A DNA stretch of 64,000 nucleotides, taken from Actinomycetes bacterium. GTDB lineage: Bacteria > Actinomycetota > Thermoleophilia > BMS3ABIN01. Position numbers and translations under genes: made by a program. Shown one piece after another: positions 58,217 to 64,000 of this stretch (position 1 is the stretch's first letter; every line of letters begins with the position of its first letter). The stretch covers positions 2,741-66,740 of the forward strand of contig JAJYLW010000011.1 in the NCBI GenBank assembly GCA_021787475.1. The letters run 5' to 3'. The notes under the pieces are model-generated. The model was not told where the DNA came from. It worked only from the letters and a program-made list of their open reading frames with translations, and made no database searches.

Positions 58217-58912
58217 ATGTGGCCCAACCAGCTTGGATTGCGATTCGGACTAGACGATAACAAAATCTTTCTGCTCGAGAGATATTTGTCGCTTTTACAT
58301 TCTGTCAGGGAAATCAATATCACAGCCGTCAAGGAAAAACCTAAAATCGTAGATGTTCTTTTTTATGAAAGCCTTATTCTTCTCGATATTCCGGATTTGC
58401 TCGAAGCAGGCAATGCGGCGGACGTTGGCAGCGGCGCCGGGATACCGGGCATCCCGCTTGCCATCACCAGGCCCGACCTTTATCTCACGTTAATTGAATC
58501 CAACCGGAAGAAAGCGTGCTTTATTTTAAAAGCCATCCGGTCTTTGGGCCTAAAAAATGCAACTGTATTCGAAGGGCGCGCTGAAGACGCCGCCCGTTCC
58601 GTCATGAGAGATTATTTTGACGTTTCCGTAGCCAGAGCGGTGGCGCCGCTTGTAGCAACGATTGAGTACTCGTTGCCCCTGGTGCGCTCCGGCGGACATG
58701 CTTTTCTGCTGAGAGGCAAGAAAAAACCGGAAGATATTGAAAGGGCCCACCAAGCAGCACAAGTTCTTAACGGGTCCTTTGAGCGCATTGCCGGAACAGA
58801 TCCGCAAAACCGGGCGGGAGCCCTTCATGTCTGGTCCATTAAAAAGGATGGTCCAACGCCGCCGCGTTTCCCACGCAAATCGGGCATGGCGATAAAAAGA
58901 CCCCTGGCATAA
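58217..58912 (+). CDS. rsmG: 16S rRNA m7G527 methyltransferase
   Basis: DVGSGAGIPGIPL, IESNRKK, VARAV. Confidence 0.95.
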   Translation: MWPNQLGLRFGLDDNKIFLLERYLSLLHSVREINITAVKEKPKIVDVLFYESLILLDIPDLLEAGNAADVGSGAGIPGIPLAITRPDLYLTLIESNRKKACFILKAIRSLGLKNATVFEGRAEDAARSVMRDYFDVSVARAVAPLVATIEYSLPLVRSGGHAFLLRGKKKPEDIERAHQAAQVLNGSFERIAGTDPQNRAGALHVWSIKKDGPTPPRFPRKSGMAIKRPLA

Positions 58913-59116
58913 TTAAACGTTCATCTCATGGCTTGCCTCAATCTGACCATGTCCGGCCGGCTCCGCGCAGCGGACGGCGGTCATCAATTGCTCCCTACGG
59001 CCAGACCTCGGCAAGCCACTCGCATTATTCTTTCCTGGCTATCTGAGTGGGAAGGATGATCGGTTAATAAAAACCTTTTCTGGTCAGCATCCCTGCCATC
59101 TGTTAGAATTCCAATC

Positions 59117-59908
59117 GTGCAGGCAAACTCGTTTCGGGATAGGGCAGGGTTAGGCAAAACCTACGCTGTCGCCAATCAAAAGGGCGGCGTGGGAAAGACA
59201 ACAACATGCATCAACACTGCAGTTTGTCTTGCTGAAGCCGGCGCTACCGTCTTACTCATTGACCTTGACCCCCAATGTAATGCAACTCACGGCCTCGGCA
59301 TCCATGACAATCCGCCACGGAACGTTTACGACGTCATTGCCGGCGGCGCTCCGGTAGAATCAGCAATTATTGGCAGCCAGGTACCTCATTTATTCCTCGT
59401 GCCATCGACACCTGATCTCGCCGGGGCCGAAGTTGAGCTTCCCCTCCGCGACAACCGCGAGTTTGTCGTCTCGCAGGCCCTGCAGGGCATTTCGTCAGAT
59501 TTTGACTACCTCTTTATTGATTGTCCACCGTCTCTCAGCCTGCTAACATTAAATGGCCTCGTTGCCGCCGACAAACTCATTATTCCGGTCCAATGTGAGT
59601 ATTACGCCTTGGAGGGACTCGGCCAGCTTCTTTCAACTGTGGCGGCGATACAAGACAACTTTAACCCAAATCTCCGGATTGCCGGCCTGGTTATGACGAT
59701 GTTCGACGCCCGCACCAATCTCTCGAGCCAAGTCGTAAATCAGGTACGCTCCCATTTTCCGGAACTAACATACAAAACAGTCATTCCCCGCAATATCAGG
59801 TTGAGCGAAGCACCGAGCCATGGTAAACCGATATCCAGGTACGACCCAACCTGCGCCGGCTCGGATGCTTACTTTGATCTCGCAACGGAGGTGGTCGAGC
59901 GTGAATAA
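59117..59908 (+). CDS. parA: Chromosome partitioning ATPase
   Basis: NQKGGVGKTTT, DLDPQCN, DCPPSL, CEYYALEG, LSEAPSHG. Confidence 0.96.
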   Translation: MQANSFRDRAGLGKTYAVANQKGGVGKTTTCINTAVCLAEAGATVLLIDLDPQCNATHGLGIHDNPPRNVYDVIAGGAPVESAIIGSQVPHLFLVPSTPDLAGAEVELPLRDNREFVVSQALQGISSDFDYLFIDCPPSLSLLTLNGLVAADKLIIPVQCEYYALEGLGQLLSTVAAIQDNFNPNLRIAGLVMTMFDARTNLSSQVVNQVRSHFPELTYKTVIPRNIRLSEAPSHGKPISRYDPTCAGSDAYFDLATEVVERE

Positions 59909-60788
59909 CAACAAGGGCTTGGGCCGGGGCCTCGAAGCGCTAATTGGCACAAATATAACACATGATCAACAATTTAACGACGGCATGCGATTTTCCGAAC
60001 AATACCAAGAATTAGCCATCGATAGAATTTCCACGAATCCGGGGCAGCCAAGAAGGACATTTGCCGATGACGCCCTCGCCGAGCTGGCGGAATCCATAAA
60101 GGCTGTTGGCATTGTGCAACCGATTGTTGTGCGGCGCTCCGGCGGCAGTTTTGAGATTATTGCGGGCGAGCGGCGATGGCGAGCTGCACGGCTGGCTGGC
60201 CTGAGGAAAATTCCTGCCGTGATCAGGGAAGCAGAAGACGCGGAATCTGTCGAGCTGGCCCTGATAGAAAACCTGAGCCGGGAAGATTTAAACCCGATTG
60301 ACGCCGCGCGGGCATATTCAAGCCTGCAGGAAGATTTCGGCATCACACAGGAAGAGCTGGCTGCCAAGCTGGGCCGCAGCCGCTCGGCGCTTGCCAATAC
60401 CATGCGGCTCCTTGACCTTCCGGATGAAATTCAGGCCCTGATCGAGCAAGGCAGATTGTCAGAGGGCCACGGGCGCGCCCTTCTCGGCATGCCGGACCGC
60501 CTCAGGCAGCGCCGCTTGGCGGTGAAAGCTTCGTCCGCCGGCATGTCGGTGCGGCAGCTCGAAGCTCGGGTCAAGCGGGAGGCCGCCGGACGGAATCCCG
60601 CCAGGGAGGCTCGGCCGGTACCGGTTGGTCAGGAGCTCATGGATGAAACGACAGACGCCCTTTATTCCGCTTTTCGCATGCCGGTTAAAGTCCGCTGGGG
60701 AGCCAAAGGGGGGCGCATTGAGCTGGAGTTTAAAAAAGACGAAGAGCTGCGCCGCATTATTGAGGCGCTTGAGGATCATGGCAGGTGA
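59901..60788 (+). CDS. parB: Chromosome partitioning protein
   Basis: GLGRGLEAL, QPRRTF, IAGERRWRA, ENLSREDL, HGRALL. Confidence 0.96.
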   Translation: MNNNKGLGRGLEALIGTNITHDQQFNDGMRFSEQYQELAIDRISTNPGQPRRTFADDALAELAESIKAVGIVQPIVVRRSGGSFEIIAGERRWRAARLAGLRKIPAVIREAEDAESVELALIENLSREDLNPIDAARAYSSLQEDFGITQEELAAKLGRSRSALANTMRLLDLPDEIQALIEQGRLSEGHGRALLGMPDRLRQRRLAVKASSAGMSVRQLEARVKREAAGRNPAREARPVPVGQELMDETTDALYSAFRMPVKVRWGAKGGRIELEFKKDEELRRIIEALEDHGR

Positions 60789-61105
60789 GAGACATTAAAA
60801 AGAAGGATTCACTCGCGGAAATTGTTTCTCCCTATCTCGATATCGGGCCCGTCCTGGCAGCGGCGCTGGTGTCAACAGACGGCCTGCTGGTGGCTGCCGC
60901 CGGAGGCGGGGTTGACCTGGAAGCCCTCGCTGCTCATTCTGCCTCGGCTCTTGCCGCAACAAGCGCCCTTGCCGCGGAGCTTGGCGGACCGCCCCGGCTC
61001 CTTTCACTTGAGACAGGAAACAGGGGTTTGATTCTGGCGCCGTTAACGAAAGACGTCTTTCTTGCCCTAGCAGGAAAACGCTCGATTATGTCCCTGGCCC
61101 GCTAA
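60785..61105 (+). CDS. Roadblock/LC7 (MglB-like) protein
   Basis: AAALVSTDGLLVA motif; GTGA overlap with parB stop. Confidence 0.8.
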   Translation: MRDIKKKDSLAEIVSPYLDIGPVLAAALVSTDGLLVAAAGGGVDLEALAAHSASALAATSALAAELGGPPRLLSLETGNRGLILAPLTKDVFLALAGKRSIMSLAR

Positions 61106-61281
61106 ATCCGGCCTGAGTCGCTTCGGCCTCCCTGCGGCCAAATCCCGGCAATCCCTCGCATCATTATTTTTTCTGATTATCCTGAGTGAAGAGGATGATC
61201 AATTTTGTTTTTTATCCAAAAAAGCAGATCTGGTTTTTTAAGTCCTGGCCCGCAGCAAAATTTGCCTTTCTAGATAACCAT

Positions 61282-63288
61282 TTACTGATTCTGGTCCGGT
61301 GCGCCGGCGTTTGGTGTCGTCCGCCCGGATGGGCCGTATGCGTCTCCGCGGGCATTGGGATTTTCGCCGCCTGAAAACAGGACGTACTGGCCTGTCAGTT
61401 TCTTGAACGCAATCTGGTCCTTTGGCTTCGTAAAATCTCTTACCGGCAGGCCTTGCTCGGCGGCAAGCATAAAGCTCCTCCAGATGTCAACAGGAAATCC
61501 GCTGCCCCAGACACTCGTTCCATGCACGTCAGTCATCGGAATCTGCTTGTCAGGATAGCCGATCCATACTGAGGTGGAAATATCAGGCGTATAGCCAACA
61601 AACCAGGCGTCCTGGAGGTTTTCCGTTGATCCGGTTTTCCCGGCGGCCGGCCTGTCGATCTTTGCCCTTGATGAGGTGCCACGTTTGATATCTTCTTCCA
61701 TTACCTGGGTCACCGTATACGCTACCGCATCGCTGATTACCCGTTTTGGCTGCGGGCTGGCCTGGTAGTCAACCGTACCGTCCGGCATCTCCACCTTGGT
61801 GATCGCGATCGGCTCGTTATACAGGCCGCCGCCAGCCAATGTCGCGTAGGCAGATGACATGTCCAAGGGGGAAACACCCTGGTCCAGGCCTCCCAAAGCA
61901 ATGGCTGGATTAGACGGAATATGACTCTTGATGCCCAGTTTTTCCGCGGTGTCGCGGGCTTTGTCGGGCCCGATATCCATTATCAACTGGGCGTAAACTG
62001 TATTGTCGGAGCGGATCAACGCGTCTTCAAGATTGGATACGCCATAATACTTGTGATCCCAGGTCGCCACGTGCCATGGAGGCCCGCCGCCGGCAAGGGG
62101 AATGTCAATTTCTTTTGACATGTAATAGGTCTTCTTCGGGTCGACGCCCTCCTCAACTGCTGCGGTGAGAACGAATGGCTTAAAACAGGAACCGGGCTGA
62201 CGCAGGCCCTGCACTGCCAGGTTGAACTGCGATTTTTTGAAATCCTGGCTGGAAACCATTGCCTTGATACAACCGGTGCCGGGGTCAATTGCGACCAGCG
62301 CCGCCGCCGGATCGCCATCTTCATTCAGCGTCTTCTTGATCGCATCCTGGCCGGCGGCCTGCAGTCGCGGATCAATCGTCGTATAAACGCGAAGCCCGCC
62401 TTCCATCACCTTTTTATCGCCGTATTTGTCAATCAGCTGCTGCTTGACATACTCAACAAAATAGGAGTCGGCCGTGGGCGTGATGCCGGCGGTGGTGACA
62501 TCAATGGGTATGGAAGCAGCGTAATGAGCCTCTGACTGCCTTATGTAGCCCAAATCGGCCATTTTTTGCAGGACGGCGTCGCGGCGGGCCGTTGCCGCCT
62601 TGATGTCGTATTTGGGGGAAAAAGCCGACGGCGCCTGCGGCAAACCGGCCAGCGTCGCGCACTCGGACAGGTCCAGCTGGGAAACGCTCTTGCCAAAGTA
62701 GGTTCGCGCGGCGGCCTCGACGCCATAGGCGTTGGCGCCATAATAGACCGTATTAAAGTACCGCTCGAGGATCGCATCCTTGGTCATCATATGCTCCAGT
62801 TCGGTGGCCAGCACCGCCTCCACTATCTTGCGCGTAAATGAATGCTCGTCAGAAACGTAAACCTTTTTGACAAGCTGTTGTGTTATGGTACTACCTCCTT
62901 CCGCAAGCCGTCCCTCGCTAATGTCAGTTGCGAGCGCCCGCAGGATTGCCTGGTAATCGACCCCGCCATGCTGGTAAAACCGCTCGTCCTCAATGGAAAT
63001 GGTGGCTTCTTTCAGATAGCCAGGAATTGCGGCCAGAGGCACCACAGTGCGGTTCTCATTGCCGTGAATCTCAGCCAGCAGGCTGCCATCCGCAGCGTAA
63101 ATCTTGGAGGATTGTCCCAGGTCAAGGTAATTTGCCTGGTTCAGCTTGGGCAGATCGTGGACAACGGCCTGGACCGTCTGAATCCCAATCAGCGAAGCGA
63201 ACAACAGGCCGGCGGCAAAAGCGGCAATCCCGATCGTCCTGAAAGATTGCCTTTTTCTACGCCTGTGATATTTTCGCCGACGAGGCAT
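61282..63288 (-). CDS. Class A penicillin-binding protein (PBP1A family)
   Basis: EDERFYQH, GSTITQQ, RQPGSCFK, SDN, KTG. Confidence 0.95.
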   Translation of the reverse strand: MPRRRKYHRRRKRQSFRTIGIAAFAAGLLFASLIGIQTVQAVVHDLPKLNQANYLDLGQSSKIYAADGSLLAEIHGNENRTVVPLAAIPGYLKEATISIEDERFYQHGGVDYQAILRALATDISEGRLAEGGSTITQQLVKKVYVSDEHSFTRKIVEAVLATELEHMMTKDAILERYFNTVYYGANAYGVEAAARTYFGKSVSQLDLSECATLAGLPQAPSAFSPKYDIKAATARRDAVLQKMADLGYIRQSEAHYAASIPIDVTTAGITPTADSYFVEYVKQQLIDKYGDKKVMEGGLRVYTTIDPRLQAAGQDAIKKTLNEDGDPAAALVAIDPGTGCIKAMVSSQDFKKSQFNLAVQGLRQPGSCFKPFVLTAAVEEGVDPKKTYYMSKEIDIPLAGGGPPWHVATWDHKYYGVSNLEDALIRSDNTVYAQLIMDIGPDKARDTAEKLGIKSHIPSNPAIALGGLDQGVSPLDMSSAYATLAGGGLYNEPIAITKVEMPDGTVDYQASPQPKRVISDAVAYTVTQVMEEDIKRGTSSRAKIDRPAAGKTGSTENLQDAWFVGYTPDISTSVWIGYPDKQIPMTDVHGTSVWGSGFPVDIWRSFMLAAEQGLPVRDFTKPKDQIAFKKLTGQYVLFSGGENPNARGDAYGPSGRTTPNAGAPDQNQ

Positions 63289-63577
63289 CTGGAGGGTTTG
63301 CTATTCTGCTGGTGTCAGGCTTGCAAATGCAAGCTTGATAGTCACGAATCATAACACAGTTGCGCTGGTCTTGCAGCAATATCGGGTTGCGTCCGAAATC
63401 GGTCGAATTGTGAAAATGCTCTCAGGATTCTGGTGCAAAAAGCCGCCAGTGCCGGCTTGGGGCTTATCCCGGCAGGTGATCCTGCTGCGGCCGGCTGCAA
63501 AGGCCTCGACACGAATTACCTACAGGACAGGCTCTTAAGAAGAAGGCTGGTCGAAATACCGATGGCAATCGGCAGAA

Positions 63578-63859
63578 TTACTTAACATGCTGAATGTATT
63601 TCATGAACACCTCAAAGGCTTCCTCAACAGCTACGTCATCCAGACCCATTTCTTCAGTGCTGTTTCGCAGGCATTCCTTCATCCGGTTGCTAATTAGGAA
63701 AACGCCGACCCGGTCAAGTGCAGCTCTGGTAGCGGCCAACTGCGTGAGAACGTCCTCACAGGGCTTGTCCTCCGAAATCATTCTCTGCAGTCCGCGAACC
63801 TGGCCTTCCACCCGCCGAAGCCTGTTAATCACTTTTTCTGTATCTGTTTTCGCAACCAT
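63578..63859 (-). CDS. CsoR/RcnR-family metal-sensing repressor
   Basis: RLRRVEGQVRGLQRM, PCEDVLTQ. Confidence 0.9.
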   Translation of the reverse strand: MVAKTDTEKVINRLRRVEGQVRGLQRMISEDKPCEDVLTQLAATRAALDRVGVFLISNRMKECLRNSTEEMGLDDVAVEEAFEVFMKYIQHVK

Positions 63860-63959
63860 AATATTAAAAGCAGCAATTTGGACGCCTGCAACAGCCCTGA
63901 AACCAGCCGGCAGTCATACCGTCCCGTTTTTCGGGAAGCGTTCCGGGAGAGATCCACCT

Positions 63960-63973
63960 TACCCAGATGGGTA
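63960..63973. promoter_or_regulatory. Putative CsoR operator
   Basis: TACCC-AGAT-GGGTA palindrome about 100 bp upstream of csoR. Confidence 0.7.
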
Positions 63974-64000
63974 TTAATTATCACACGGTTTTTTAGCCTA

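Noticed and set aside
1-64000. CRISPR array or rRNA genes
   Set aside because: No regularly spaced repeats with unique spacers and no rRNA-like sequence seen.

Overview
Chromosomal window of a bacterium, probably a deep-branching actinomycete (inferred from gene content, the parS consensus and apparent leaderless starts). (1) 434-7926: a small integrated, partly decayed phage-satellite-like element (integrase, HigBA-type TA pair, Xis, DnaB-N/AAA_25 replicase, TerS-like and TerL terminase, no portal or capsid) ending in a tRNA 3' fragment (attR). (2) Secreted proteins sharing an approximately 100-aa 'WYD...GGPV...SQR...FNE' repeat (216-434, 9069-11681, 38896-40416). (3) Housekeeping block rph-murI-PSP1-holB-tmk-topA. 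(4) A glycosylation/envelope cluster and tatAC. (5) A co-oriented respiratory cassette of about 14 kb: hexaheme cytochrome c, an unannotated 51-aa peptide with an exact lasso/RRE-type RiPP leader, a Tat-exported molybdopterin oxidoreductase, a 4Fe-4S subunit, a TorD chaperone, ModE, and Moco synthesis/uptake genes, next to an AioX/PhnD-like binding protein, histidine kinase and LytTR regulator. (6) rlmD, GGDEF, nrdR-nrdJ with paired NrdR boxes. (7) mnmE, a short MnmG paralog, mnmG (with internal parS), rsmG, parA, parB, roadblock, PBP1A and csoR with its operator. The most striking observation is the RiPP-leader peptide inside the molybdoenzyme operon with no maturase in the window. No database searches were run; family calls come from recognised motifs.
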